Source: Squalus acanthias
Lineage: Eukaryota
NCBI GenBank assembly: GCA_030390025.1
Contig: CM059438.1
Location: 64,048,001 to 64,112,000, forward strand
Reading direction: 5' to 3'
DNA: 64,000 nucleotides
Positions 34,201-47,309 of the stretch are shown in pieces. How positions within the stretch are numbered: the stretch's first letter is position 1; every line of letters starts with the position of its first letter. The notes beneath the pieces are model-generated. The model ran no database searches, was not told the DNA's origin, and was given only the letters and a program-made list of their open reading frames with translations. Made by a program: the position numbers and the translations under genes.

Positions 34201-36103
34201 TAGTCTTTTTTAGTGTGCTGGCTGGAGAAGCCGCTTTTATGGGACCTGTGTGTGCTGCCCTTTTATAATTTATTGTATACTTGCCTTGTACTTGCATTCG
34301 TGTACATTGTTCAAAGGTTTTAAATGACAGTGCTGGTTACACACAAGCATCCACAGCAGAAATTTAAACATGGACTCGTCATCCGACATAAATCCTAACA
34401 CTTGTCTTTCAGTTTCTAAGAGGCCTGAAGGAATTTGCTGCCACAATCACTTCTGAGGATTAAATATGCCAACTGCTGACCTTGTGAACCTTTATATCCA
34501 ATTTGTTTTCAATGAATTAACCATATCATCAAGTAATGTAGTTGAGCCATTTCAATGATGATTTCCACATCATTTTTCTTCAGTGCATTTTCACTTTAAA
34601 AAATCAGTTGAGCTGCATTTATCGAGGAAAGGCTGGAGGCTACAAATATTTAAGAGCTAACGTTTATAAATCTTGTGTATAATAAATACCATTAGAGACA
34701 GTAAATTTCCATCCAGCCACAGTTCTGCTTGCATTTTACTCGTTTCTGCTGACACAATGAAAGATTTTATTGCAAGGCAGATTGTTCCTTAATTCAAAGG
34801 GCATTCAACATACTTATTGTGGAACCTTCATTATCCACTATAATGGAGGGGAAATTCCGGTGGTTGAGGGACATTAGCAGATAATTGAGATTTCTCCCAT
34901 TTCAGTCTTACACGCGTCAGGTGAGGTGGCATTTGGGGTACTGGCGCTCCTAGACCTTGGCGCTCCTGGGTTAGGGAGGGACAAATCAGTCAGGATTCCG
35001 ACTCCTGATTGTTTTCCATTCCAGCATTGTTCAAAGGTTTATGTCATCTGCCTGTCTTGGGGGATGTTAAAGAACCAAAGATACTGTTTGAAGAATGGTC
35101 ATTCATCTCATTGCTGTTTGTGGGACCTTTGCTGTGTGAAAAATGCCTGCATAATAACAGACACTGCACTTCAAAATAATGTGTTACTTATGAAGTGTTT
35201 GGAGATGTATGTAGCACAGTTCTAGGTGACTTTTTTTTCCTTTTGCTTCTAAGGCTATGGAAAAGTATAGGCAATATAGTTCATCCACTTCCAATCACCA
35301 TGCACTCACATTATTACTCAATGTGGTAATACTAAATGTCTGTCATTCTTAATAATTTCATTAGAACAAAGATCAATCAGCACCTTAAGTATGTTTTTTA
35401 ATCACAGAACTATTCAATATTTTAATTGTTCAGCACTCTGACTTGTTTTTTTCCCACTGATTACTACAATGCTTTGATTAGATTATAATTACAAATGAAA
35501 CAATGTCATTGTTGTGCAGTTTGACTTCCTTCATGTCAATTATACATTCAAAGTTGTAAGTGTGATCAGAATTATGATTTGTTAATCCAGTTGCTAATGA
35601 CTGTTCCATCTCAGCAAATAGTTCACCAAATATCTCCAATAAAATATTTGACTGTTCCACAATCTAATTTAATTTTTTCACCAGACTTGTGATTTTCCTT
35701 TTCATTTTTTTTTATCCCCAACACTCTGACTTACTCATGTATGGGTTGGTGGGCACCAGTAGCCATCTGGGACCTTACACAGTGGCTGTTCCTCGACAAT
35801 GAGTGCTGGCAGACCATTTGGCAATGGTTGGGGTGTGGGGGAGGTGGGAGGTGGGAGGTGAGTGAAAGGTGAGCCCATATCTGATCCTATTCTCACCCAA
35901 TGTCATTCACATGAGTCTCACTTTCCAGCATAAATTATATTGTCTCTGCTGCCTATACTTTTCATTAGAGGCAAAGGGGAAAAGAAGCATATTGGACTGT
36001 ATTAGGTACATTTCCAATCACTTCATACACAGCAAATGAATTCGAAGTACAGTGACTGTCATTATGTGGCTCAATACTCTTCTTCCTTTGCCTTCAAAAG
36101 AAG

Positions 36104-36600
36104 AGAAGTCACACAACACCAGGTTATAGTCCACAGTATTATTTGAAATTACGAGCTTTCGGAGCTCTGCTCCTTCGTCAGGTACAGTGAGGGAATACAA
36201 ATCGGTTACAAAGTATATATAGACAGAGAACAATGTGTCTGCAGAGATACAATCCGTCAGGGAGGCATTACATCAAAGACACAGCAGAGTACAGCTAAGA
36301 CAATGAGGTGGGGTCACAGGGGGTCCAACGTGTCAAATGCTGCAGTCTGCAGTTAAGCTTTTTACTTTTTTTTAAAAACTGGAAATCACATCTGTGAACA
36401 AGACAACGAGTCACGTCCTGTAGCGTGACATGAAACCGAGATCCCGGTTGAGGCCGTCCTCATGGGTGCGGAACTTGGCTATCAGTTTCTGCTCGATGAT
36501 TTTGCGTTGTCGTGTGTCTCGAAGGCCGCCTTGGAGAACGCTTACCCGCAGATCTGAGGCTGAATGTCCTTGACTGCTGACGTGTTCCCCGACTGGGAGG
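36104..36600 (-). mobile_element. Penelope-like element 3' fragment
   Basis: LPVGEHVSSQGHSASDLRVSVLQGGL...EQKLIAKFRTHEDGLNRDLG (GIY-YIG C-terminus) followed by a pseudo-LTR. Confidence 0.88.
36149..36185 (-). ncRNA. Minimal type I hammerhead ribozyme motif
   Basis: TAC-CTGACGA-A-GGAG(CAGAG)CTCC-GAAA-GC-TC-GTA; stem I covaries relative to the 13332 copy. Confidence 0.7.
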
Positions 36601-37809
36601 TTCAAAAGAAGATACTAACCTTCTGCATGGATCCAGCAGGTGGCACCCAGATCCCAGTGAGATCCTCTGATCTGAGCAGGACTTGGCACAAGGCCTGAGA
36701 CCTGCTTCTCCTCTAACTGGGCACCCACCCAGGATTGGGAGAAGCAAATGATGCAGGAAGCTCTGTTACAAAACTCCTGCCTCATAGAAACGCAATTTGA
36801 TTGCTTGCGCCAGCGTGAGGCACAAGTTCTCCCAGCACTAGCATTCCAGCCCACCTCGGTGGAAATGCCAGGGCAACACACACCCCCACCTTTTCCCCTC
36901 TGCTTTGTGTGTTCTCTGGGCACCGAACTCAAAATGGCAGGAATGCACGGCATTGAAATGTGTGCTTTCCGAGCATGTGACTTTGTTAACTGGTCATGAA
37001 TTTTGGAGATAAACATATATTCTCTCGTTTTTTTCATTGAAGAATTTCATGTGCTCTATGTGGACACTGTAAAATGACCTAAGAAATCAGTAAATGTGTT
37101 ATTTTACTTTACTTACTAACTGCAATATGAAGAATAACAAACTGAGAGTTCAAACCTGTTCTTCAAGCTTTAGATTCTGATGGCATTCATGAACCGCACT
37201 AAGCTTTGCGCTCCCTATTTACAGCATCATTAGAATCGGAGATTAAATGACTCCCTGGTAATTCTCTGCCAGTCATTATCTCTGTTATTTCTTTTCCACT
37301 AGTTTTCAGCAAAAGAGCATAAAGCTACTGATGATGAACGGGCCTGAAAACTGAAACCTGCTCCAGAACTGTGTTAATATAAAATACAGTCAGCAAGAGG
37401 TCATTGTTTAAGCTAAGCGAAAGGTTAAACTGATCAATAGGCACTGCAGAATCTTGGATTAAAACATATTTCCCCAATGTTCACAGACATAAATACAGAT
37501 GAAGAAACCCATTCAGCCCATCCAGTTAATCCTTCCATATAGGTCGATGGCCCCTCAGAGCATCTAACTGCTTCTTGTGTCAAATTTTGCTTGATAATGC
37601 TCGTGTGAAGTGCCTTGGGACATTTTACTTGGGAGTTTTTACCTCCATTACCCTAACCGAAAGACCAATCCAGGTATTGATTGCACTTTGAATGAAGAAG
37701 TACTTCCTGAAATCCATCCTGAACTTGCCTTTTAACAATTTGTACTTTTTTCCCTTTGTCCTCCAAAGTACAAACTGTACAGCATTTTCCATATACTTTG
37801 TTTTTTTTA

Positions 37810-38080
37810 ATTCATTCTGGGGATGTAGGCATTGCTATCAAGGCCAGCATTTATTGCCCATCCCTAGTTGCCCTTGAGAAGGTGGTGGTGAGACTTCTTG
37901 AAACGCTGCAGTCCATGTGGTGAAGGTAATCCCACAGTGCAGTTAGGTAGGGAGTTCCAGGATTTTGACCCAGCAATGATGAAGGGATGGTGATATATGT
38001 CCAAGGCAGAATGGTGTGTCACGTGGAGGGGAACTGGGAGGTCTTGGTGTTCCCGTCCGCCTGCTGCCCTTGCCCTTTGT
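37810..38080 (-). mobile_element. CR1-group LINE 3' end
   Basis: Same family as 38430-39880. Confidence 0.8.
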
Positions 38081-38429
38081 TACTGATCTGCAGTACTGGC
38101 GGCTCATCTGGTATCCTCTTATACACCTGAACCCTGGGAGACTGGAGTTATAACGTTGCCTACAAACTGGAAAACTGGTTTGAAACACCCAACTGTCAGG
38201 GGTTTTATTCCTCTTGCTTTAATGCACAAATCGTTGATGTGTTCAAGGAGTTAACCTGCCACATTTGGGTTCCTGCGTAATAGAAAATGCAGTCTTAGTC
38301 ACATCATTGACTCAGTTCTTCAATTTTAGGAATTCAAACAACAGTGTAATTTGTTTATTTATCAAAACCGCTAACATAAAAATAGCATATGACTTATACA
38401 CTGGTAATTAAAAAAAAATGTTTTAATTT

Positions 38430-39880
38430 GTTTATATGGGATGTGGGCGTCGCTGGCAAAGCCAGCATTTATTGCCCATCCTTAATTGCCCTTGAGAAGG
38501 TGGTGGTGAGCCGCCTTCTTGAACCGCTGCAGTCCATGTGGTGGAGGTACTCCCACAGTGCTGTTCAGGAGGGAGTTCCAGGATTTTGACCCAGCAATGA
38601 TGAAAGAACGGCGATATACTTCTAAGTTGGGATGGTGTGTGACTTGGAGGGGAACTTGGAGGTGGTGGTGTTCACATGCGCCTGCTGCCCTTGTCCTTCT
38701 AGGTGGAAGAGGTCGCGGGTTTGGAAGGTGCTGCTGAAGAAGCCTTGGCGAGTTGCTGCAGTGCATCTTGTAGATGGTACACACTGCAGCCACAGTACAC
38801 CGGTGATGGAGGGAGTGAATGTTTAAGGTGGTGGATGAGGTGCCAATCAAGCGGGCTACTTTGTATTGGATGGTGTCGAGCTTCTTGAGTGTTGTTGGAG
38901 CTGCACTCATCCAGGCAAGTGGAGAGTATTCCATCACACTACTTACTTGTGCCTTGTAGATGGTGGAAAGGCTTTGGGGAGTCAGGAGGTAAGACACTCG
39001 CCTCAGAATACCTAGCCTTTGACCTGCTCTTGTTGCCACAGTATTTATGTGGCTGGTCCAGTTAAGTTTCTGGTCAATGGTGACCCCCAGGATGTTGATG
39101 GTGGGGGATTCGGCGATGGTAATGCCGTTGAATGTCAAGGGGCGGTGGTTAGACTCTTGCTTGTTGGAGATAGTCATTGCCTGGCACTTCTGTGGCGCGA
39201 ATGTTACCTACCACTTATCAGCCCAAGCCTGAACGTTGTCTAGGTCTTGTTGCATGCGGGCATGGACTGCTTCATTATCTGAGGAGTTGTGAATGGCACT
39301 GAACACTGTGCAGTCATCTGCGAACATCTCCATTTCTGACCTTATGTTGGAGGGAAGGTCATTGATGAAGCAGCTGAAGATGATTGGGCCTGGAACACTG
39401 CCCTGAGGAACTCCTGCAGCGATGTCCTTGGGCTGTGATGATTGACCTTCAACCACCACAACCATCTTCCTTTGTGCTAGGTATGACTCCAGCCAGTGGA
39501 GAGTTTTCCCCCCGATTCCCATTGACTTCAGTTTTACTAGGGCTCCTTGATGCCACACTCGGTCAAATGCTGCCTTGACGTCAAGGGCAGTCACTCTCAC
39601 CTCACCTCTGGAATTCAACTCCTTTGTCCATGTTTGGACCAAGGCTGTAATGAGGTCGGGAGGTGAGTGGTCTTAGCGGAACCCAAACTGGGCATCAGTG
39701 AGCAGGTTATTGGTGAGTAAGTGCCGCTCGATAGCACTGTTGATGACACCTTCCATCACTTTGCTGATGATTGAGAGTAGACTGATGGGGCGGTAATTGG
39801 TGGGATTGGATTTGTCCTGCTTTTTGTGGACAGGAGATACCTGGGCAGTTTTCCATATTGTCGGATAGATGCCAGTGCTG
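38430..39880 (-). mobile_element. CR1-group non-LTR retrotransposon, RT domain to 3' end (subclade not resolved)
   Basis: NYRPISLLSIISKVME, ALDVKAAFDRVWH, GVPQGSV.GP, FADD, ILGVTIDQKLNW; frameshifted. Confidence 0.92.
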
Positions 39881-40363
39881 TTATTATGTGTTATGATAAC
39901 ACAGCAGCTGCACCCTGGTTTCAGAGTGAATAAATGTTTTCCTTGTATGTGCAAAGCATAATTACATCCAACAATTTTGGCAAAGGAACTTGAATCACTT
40001 CAAAATGTAAGTCAGTCTCTGAGCCCATTTTCCCCAGGTCCCAATTCTCTTATGTTAATAGGCAGGCAGCACTGCTCTCTGCAAGAGATGGAAAGAAAAG
40101 CTTGGAAGCTGGAGAGAAATCGCTTAATGTTTTAGATGGGTCACTTCCCCAGAGCTCAGCGTTTTTCTCCACAATCTTTATCTAGCATTATAACCAGGCT
40201 CATTGTATGGTGTCAGTTAATAACTTGAATAGTCTGTATTCTCATGTCAAAAATGGATCTGCACAATCATTTGCTCTACACTATAATACCTGAATGCATT
40301 TTTATGGGGGTCTTCACCCTTTACTTTTGTATTTTTACCCTATCTACCTTAAATAGAGAGCCA

Positions 40364-40532
40364 TGATGTGGAGATGCCGGTGTTGGACTGGGGTGGACAA
40401 ATGTGAGAAGTCGCACAACACCAGGTTATAGTCCAACAGCTTTATTTGAAATCACAAGCTTTCGGAGCGCTGCTCCTTCGTCAGGTGAAGTGAAGAGATG
40501 CATATAGTCACAGCATATATAGTCAGAGAACA
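40364..40532 (-). mobile_element. Penelope pseudo-LTR fragment
   Basis: Near-identical to the reverse complement of 13327-13453. Confidence 0.85.
40452..40488 (-). ncRNA. Minimal type I hammerhead ribozyme motif
   Basis: TCAC-CTGACGA-A-GGAG(CAGCG)CTCC-GAAA-GC-TT-GTGA. Confidence 0.75.
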
Positions 40533-41749
40533 CTGCCAGATGATTACAGTTAATCTTACCAACTGCCCTTTATCACACCTCGGCAGAGAGGACTGGGGGC
40601 TCCCAGGATGACTTGACAACACCACCTTGCCTGCTCCTCTCATGTTTTCTCCCCCTGCGCGGTTCCTTTAAGTTTGCTGCACGGTCGCATTACCTGTGTC
40701 TCCTCCAGCGGAACAGCTGGTGAGCGGCCTGCACGGCAACTGGTGATGAGTGCGCGCACCCCAGCGGGAAGATTGGCGCAGACTCACCACTCGACACGCC
40801 CTGATCGGAAACTGAACGGGGGAAGGGCTTGTAATCCCTGCTTCGGGCACTGAGCACCAAGTGTGCTTCTGCTCAGTGTCACCATTCAACCTTGTTACCT
40901 TTTTTCATCATACCTCGTACCCACTGCCCCCTCAGCCAGGTGTCCTGGACCATCTGTTATTGCACAGTGGAGAAGCAATGCATCTTTTTCAGCCCCAGGG
41001 GATGCTATCGCTTTGCCTTCTGATAGTGTGTTTCTGGTCAGACAACGTAACTATAGTTTCTTTGATCTCTGCAGCTCTGATTTGTGACTTTGCAAAGAAC
41101 TTTGACTCCTATTTTATTTATACAGCAATTGGGGGAAAAAATCATTGGCTACAGCTGCGGACCCCAATTGCAACAGTCATTCCACCCAGGAACCACTGCA
41201 AGAATACATAGGAATGCTATACTGCACTTCTATGGAAATAAAAATTGTCAAAACAATACCAAAGAAGGGCCAATCTCTTCATAAATATGTTTTTTTTAAC
41301 CTTAGGGGAGCAGGCTAACCAATTTGACTTGTGAAAAGGATACATTTAACTCTCAATGCATTTTACACCCAATTGTTTACTGCTGATAGCTGCTGACGTT
41401 TGTGTGGAATTAGTATCGTCTTAACAGCTGCATCCTTCTCAAAGCCGCGGGCGCTCTGTGTCACTGTTTTCCGCAGCGCACCCAATTCTCGCTTGAAGCT
41501 CCTCTGAACTGTAAGGACCATTGGTTGCCATGGTCAGGCAACTGTTTTGACTGGCAGTCTAAACTGGCATTAGCTGCCAATGGAGAGGGATGTCTACCTT
41601 CCAGTAGATGAAGACATGGTGTCGAATCCTTTCAGCTGCTCAGTGGCAGTAAGGGTGCACCAGCACTGTGTTTGGCGTACAAGAGGTTCAACTATGGCAC
41701 AAAATAGTTTGTGACCACCCGTGACAAAATTACATTAAGGGAGCCCTCG

Positions 41750-43342
41750 GCATATTTTTCCTTAGCCTCCAATTCCATCCCCCTCCCTGGCCACTGTCTC
41801 AAATTGAACTGGACGGTTTGCCACCTCGGCGACCTACTTGACCCTGAGCTGAGTTTACAACCCCATTTCCTTCCCATCATCAAGACCGCCTACTTCCACC
41901 TCTGTAATATCGCCTGTCTTCACCCCTGCCTCAGCCCATCTGCTGCTGAAGTCCTCATCCATGCTCCTGTTACCTCCTGGCTGCCCTCCCTGCTTCCACC
42001 CTCCATAAGCTTAAGTTCTTTCAAAATTCTGCTGCCCGTATCTGAATTCGCACCAGGCCCAGTTCACCCATTATCCCTGTGCTCGCTGACCTACATTGGC
42101 ATCCAGCCCCAGAACGCTTCCATTATAAAATTCTCATTCTCGTGTTCAAATCTCTCCATGGTCTTGCCCCTCCTTGACCAGAATTTTCTTTGGGGAGGTG
42201 AGTTGGGGGCTGGTGGGGTGGGGGGCTGTCCGAGGCGGGCGGGAAACCCGGCCTCCCAGCTTGAGATGCTGGCTGGCTACGGGCGGGTAGGCCTCAGTTG
42301 CGAGGGGTCGGTCAGGGAGTGGGATCGCAGGAGGGGGTCGGCAATCGGCGCGGGGAGTGAGGGTTGGGGATCGGGAAGGGGGAGAGAGGATCGCAGGGCG
42401 GGGGGGTTGCAGGATCGGCAGGGGATCGGGGAGGTCAGGGATCGGCAGGCAAGCGGGGTTCGCGGGGGAGATCGAGGATCGCGGGGGGGATTGGGGATCG
42501 GGGAAAGGGGGATGGGAGAGAGGATCAGGGCCATCCACTGGAGGATCGTGGCCGGCCTCATCATCATCGTTGGGGGCAGGCCTGAGGGAGGGGGATGCGG
42601 AGGGCCTGGGGGGGGATGATTGGAGGCCTGGTGGTGGGGTCTCCAACCGCGGGGTGTGAGTATGGTCGGGACCCTGGATCCAGGAGGTAGGTATAAAGCC
42701 ACTTACCTCCTGGATGCAGCAGTCCCCACCTCGGTTTAACTGCCAGGTTTCACGAATTGTGTGAAACCCGTCCACAGGCAGTTAAATTCAAAATGGACAG
42801 GGAAAATGAGGCTGCCAGCCTCATTACAATATTTAAGTTAAGGGAGCGGGTTGGTCGCCCGCCCCCCGTCCCACCTCCAGCAAAACAAGAAGTGGGCGGG
42901 TTGGAGGCGGGATCAGATCGGGAATCCCATTTGTAACAATTTAACTGCCCCCACGCTCTAAACCCACCCGTTTTTTTATGGGAAATTCCGGCCCTTATCT
43001 CTGTAACCTCCTCCAGCCTTACAACCCTCTGAGAACTCTGCGTTCCTTCAACTCTGGCCTCTTGTCCATCCCTCACTTCCTTCACCCCACCATTGACAGC
43101 CATGACTTCAGCTGTCTATGCCCTAAGGTCTGGAATTCCCGTCCTAAACCTCTCCGTCTCTCCGCCTCTCTCTCCACCTTTAAGAGGCACCTTAAAACCT
43201 ACCTCTTTGACCAAGCTTTTGGTCACCTGTCTGAATTCTTTGGCTCATGTCAATTTTTTTGATGATTACGCTTCAGTGACACGCCTTGGGGCATTTTACC
43301 ACATTAAAGGCGCTATATAAATGCAAGTTGTCGTTGTTGTTA
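41750..43342 (+). mobile_element. L2 LINE 3' end interrupted by a MITE
   Basis: KTAYFHLCNIACLHPCLSPSAAEVLIHA; PYLCNLLQPYNPLRTLRS; (GTT)n tail. Confidence 0.88.
42176..42993. mobile_element. Harbinger-type MITE with 3-bp TSD
   Basis: GACCAGAATTTTC and GGAAATTCCGGCC ends; TSD CTT at 42173-42175 and 42994-42996; removal restores the L2; internal GGGATC(G) repeats. Confidence 0.85.
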
Positions 43343-43645
43343 TCAACCAGGCTCCTCAATGCAGTGTTTCTGTCACCAAACCCTGAAGCTGGGAAAGCAG
43401 AGGGAAGAGAGAGCATCGTGCAGACTAAAACAACTGGCTTGTTGGCTCTACCACGCTGCCTCTGATGCCAGCATCGTTGGCAGCAGCAACCAGGTGAAGT
43501 GAAGGAGTTGGCACAGTTGCCTCAGGAAGATGCACGCTGCATCAAAAGAGGTGACTTCGCTGGGCAGTGCCAGCCCTTCCTTCGAAGGCGATGTGAACAG
43601 AAATCAGTCTCATCAACAGAGGCGGCCATGTTTTAAGGTCTCTTG

Positions 43646-44110
43646 TGTCAGCTGTGGCTCAGTGGGTAGCACACTCGCCTCTGAGTCAGAAGGTTGTGGG
43701 TTCATAGTCCCACTCCAGGGACTTGACCACATAAATCTAGGCTGACACTCCAGTGCAGTGCTGAGGGAATGCTGCACTGTCGGAGGTGCCGTCTTTCAGA
43801 TGAGACGTTAAACCGAGGCCCTGTCTGCTCTCTCAGGTAGACGTAAAAGATCCCATGGCCCTATTGCGAAGAAGAGCAGGGGAGTTCTCCCCGGTGTCTT
43901 GGCCAATATTTATCCCTCAACCAACATAACAAAAACAGATTATCTGGTCGTTATTACCTTGCTGTTTGTGGGACCTTGCTGCGTGCAATTTGGCTGCCGC
44001 GTTTACCACATTATAACAGTGACTACACTTCAAATAATACTTCATTGGCTGTAAAGCGCTTTGAGACGCCCGGTGGTCGTGAAAGGCGTTATAGAAATGC
44101 AAGTTTTTTT
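43646..44110 (+). mobile_element. Full-length tRNA-derived Deu-domain SINE (SacSINE1-like)
   Basis: A-box TGGCTCAGTGG, B-box-like GGTTCATAGTCCC, Deu-like core, L2-like tail. Confidence 0.88.
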
Positions 44111-45668
44111 TGTCAGTCTGTGTACCACAACAGACCAGAAAAACAGTTCTGCCAAAAGGTCCTCACTGAGCAATAATATCTCGAGTGGTAGACAAAAAAA
44201 AACTTGTGTACGGTGCATTCATGCTTTTCCAAACCAGTACTGTAAGGTGCGATAAAGCAGATTTTAAAATCAAATAAACACAAATGATTCGGTCTCAAAT
44301 ATAAAAGTTTCACTAACTATTATCAGATAAGACAAACAGGATCACACTTTTAATCAGTTGCAGAAGTTACACGGCTCTGAGAGTGATTGCTGAAGGCTAA
44401 TGCTTTATGCTTCACCTTAGTGTAATTGCCAGGAAATCATGTCATTTCCTTAATGTTAATGCTGATGCAGTATCAAAGAATTACCCCATGCGTGTGGCTG
44501 TGTGTGTGCGTGTGTGTTTATCCTGGAGAATCTGACAAGGTTCTGTTTAATCCAGCGTTGTGCAAATCAGAAACACTGCTTGTGATTTTGGAAAATACGT
44601 TACACAGAAAAAGAATTGCATAAGATTGATGTGTTTAAAGCCTAGCCCTCCTCCGACACATATGACAGAGTGTTTTACAAATGAAAAAGGATTTTGTTAG
44701 GATTTTGAGCGATGAATCTAATTTCCTGCAAGATGCAACGTAAAGTGTTCTCTGTTTAGCTAATTTTGCTGCTTGCTGCTCAAAGCGTTTCGGCCAATTG
44801 AAATTCAATCTCCGGGGTTAAGATTTATTGGAAGGCGAATTTTTTTTTTTTTACATTCCTGGAGGTGAAATTTGCTAACCTGTCGTTGCCTCTGCCTATG
44901 CAAAATACAGCAGATTAAATTTAGTCACAGGCAGAATGAAATGAAGTCCTATTAAGTCCAAGGACACAGCAGATGTTGAGGGGAAAGTCATTACCTGAGC
45001 ACTGGGCGTTCCGGGTTTCTTATGTCACTCTTATTCCTTGCGAGCGTTTCATATCCAAGCTGGAGAAATCATGCAACAAGTAACTCGATTTATAGTCTTC
45101 CACCTTTCTTCCCCCAAAATACATAGTATTATTGTTGAGTGCAAATCAATGGACGAGTTGGCGGCAGTCTAAACTGATTACTGTACAGTAACAAACATAA
45201 CAGGCACTGACATTTCAGATGATGTGTGGAGTATGTCTGAAGGTCATGTTCTGATGCAGTTTTGTCCCTCTACTTTCCTTTGGTCCTGTGCTGTAGGTTC
45301 TGAGTCATGCTTGGTCAGGTCCCACTGACACAGGCCGTCCTCGGGGACCTTGGCCAAGTGGTTGTTCTTCATGTGCCAGTCTGGGACCAAGGTGGGGTGT
45401 GTCCAGCTGAGGCTAACCCTTTCTCTGTCTGGCCTCCACACGTGCACTTTTCAGCAGTAGTCACGATGAGAAAATGGAGCCCCACCGAGTGTTTCCTCTC
45501 CCTGGCCGAGGAGCACTCAGACCTCCTACTGTTGCTCTGTCTCAATAAGCAAACTTAACACAAGCCAATGATTGAACCAGCGTCCTCCTGGCCTATATGG
45601 CTCAGTTATATATGGCATTCTCTGCCTTGTCTGTTGACTGTGGTTACCTTGATGAGCTGGCGACCATG

Positions 45669-46138
45669 AAAGAAAGAAAGACTTGCATTTATATAGCGCC
45701 TTTCACGACTACCGGACGTCCCAAAGTGCTTTACAGCCAATGAAGTACTTTTCGAAGTGTAGTCACTGTTGTAATGTAGGAAACGCGGCAGCCAATTTGT
45801 ACACAGCAAGCTCCCACAAACAACCATGTGATAATGACCAGATAATCTATTTTATTGATGCTGATTGAGGGATAAATATTGGCCAGGACACTGGGGATAA
45901 CTCCCCTGCTCTTCTTTGAAAGAGTACCATGGGATCTTTTTCGTCCACCTGAGAGAGCAGACGGGGCCGCGGTTTAACGTCTCATCCGAAGGACGGCACC
46001 TCCGACAGTGCAGCACTCCCTCAGCACTGCACTGGGGCGTCAGCTTAGAACTTTGTGCTCAAGTCTCTGGAGTGGAACTTGAGCCCATAACCTTCTGACT
46101 CAGAGGCGAGAGTGCTACCAACTGAGCCACGGATGACA
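45669..46138 (-). mobile_element. Full-length Deu-domain SINE
   Basis: Reverse-complement homolog of 43646-44110 with a (CTTT)n tail. Confidence 0.88.
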
Positions 46139-47309
46139 TGACGGCATAAGCTGTTGGAATTGCTGTCAGTTGAACGGTGGTTCACTTTCATTTAGAATAT
46201 CACAGCATGTAAAATGAAGCTTTCATCTGAGCTACGATGTCTTTCCTTCTTTTTAAATCAGTCAGTCTGTCTACTTCAAAGAAATCCAAGTAATAGAACG
46301 TTTAAGATATTTTCTTCCATCTGCTCCAAACAGATCACAACTAATTTCCTCCCAGGGCCTTTCTGGTATATGGGTGGCTAATAAGCAGTTCCTTTTGTTG
46401 TTTAACTTGCAACTGCGTGCATAAATCATGTCCAGATACATATGCCTCTATGTCCTTGTTCATCAGCGGCCAATAAATCACTTCTCTAGCTCTTCAGAGA
46501 CAACCTTGGATTGTGAGGTGACTTGAGTGAACTCTACACTTTATCTCCTCTCCCATACAGATGGTGTAACTGTTCCATCTCCTTTCAATATCGGTCCATC
46601 CTGTGTGCCGACTTCATCTCTCATGTTGAAATTAACAGCAAGCTGGGGTGACGTTTCTTTTCTTTCAGACCGTCCTTTGCTTAAGTGTCATTCTCAGCAA
46701 TTTCAGATCATTATCTACTCCACGAGTTTGTTCAATCTTGGTCGATCCATTCTCAGATAGGGCTAAGTATTGCAGCACACTAGATGTCTCACGTCCTGTT
46801 TGCGAATGTGTTTCAATTAACAGGACTTCCTTGTTGTCAGCCTTTCTATCTTGCCAAGAGCGCTCTCTATACCAGTCTTGTTTTCATCTGTCTCAAACTG
46901 AGGACCATTGATGTTTGCCAGTGTAATGAAATAATGTAACAGTTTTGACATCTTTTGGTTGCTTAAGTGAGATGTTATGGCATCTCATCATTTTTCAAAT
47001 TCTCTTAAAGCTTCTACAGTTGAAAGCTTATCTGCCGTCTCTAGTTTTGCTGGGAATGGTACATTTGGAATAATAGATTTTTTTAAACTATGCAGTATTC
47101 CCAGCACTTAACACTTAAATATTTTGTTTAAATAACACTTTTGGCTGATGCAGTTACACAGAGTAGGATCCATTTGAATCAAAGCCATACAGGATCTGAA
47201 TTAGTTCAATGAAGAGGAAGTAGTAAACATTCAGCTGAAGAGTAACTTCAGCTTTAGGAAGTTGACTTTACTGGCTCCAATTTTTTCCCTTCTGTATCTC
47301 CTTTCAAAT

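Noticed and set aside
41711..42775. 302-aa and 209-aa ORFs
   Set aside because: Chimeric read-through of L2 into a GC-rich MITE.
43646..43720. tRNA gene
   Set aside because: It is the tRNA-derived head of a SINE that continues into a Deu-like core.
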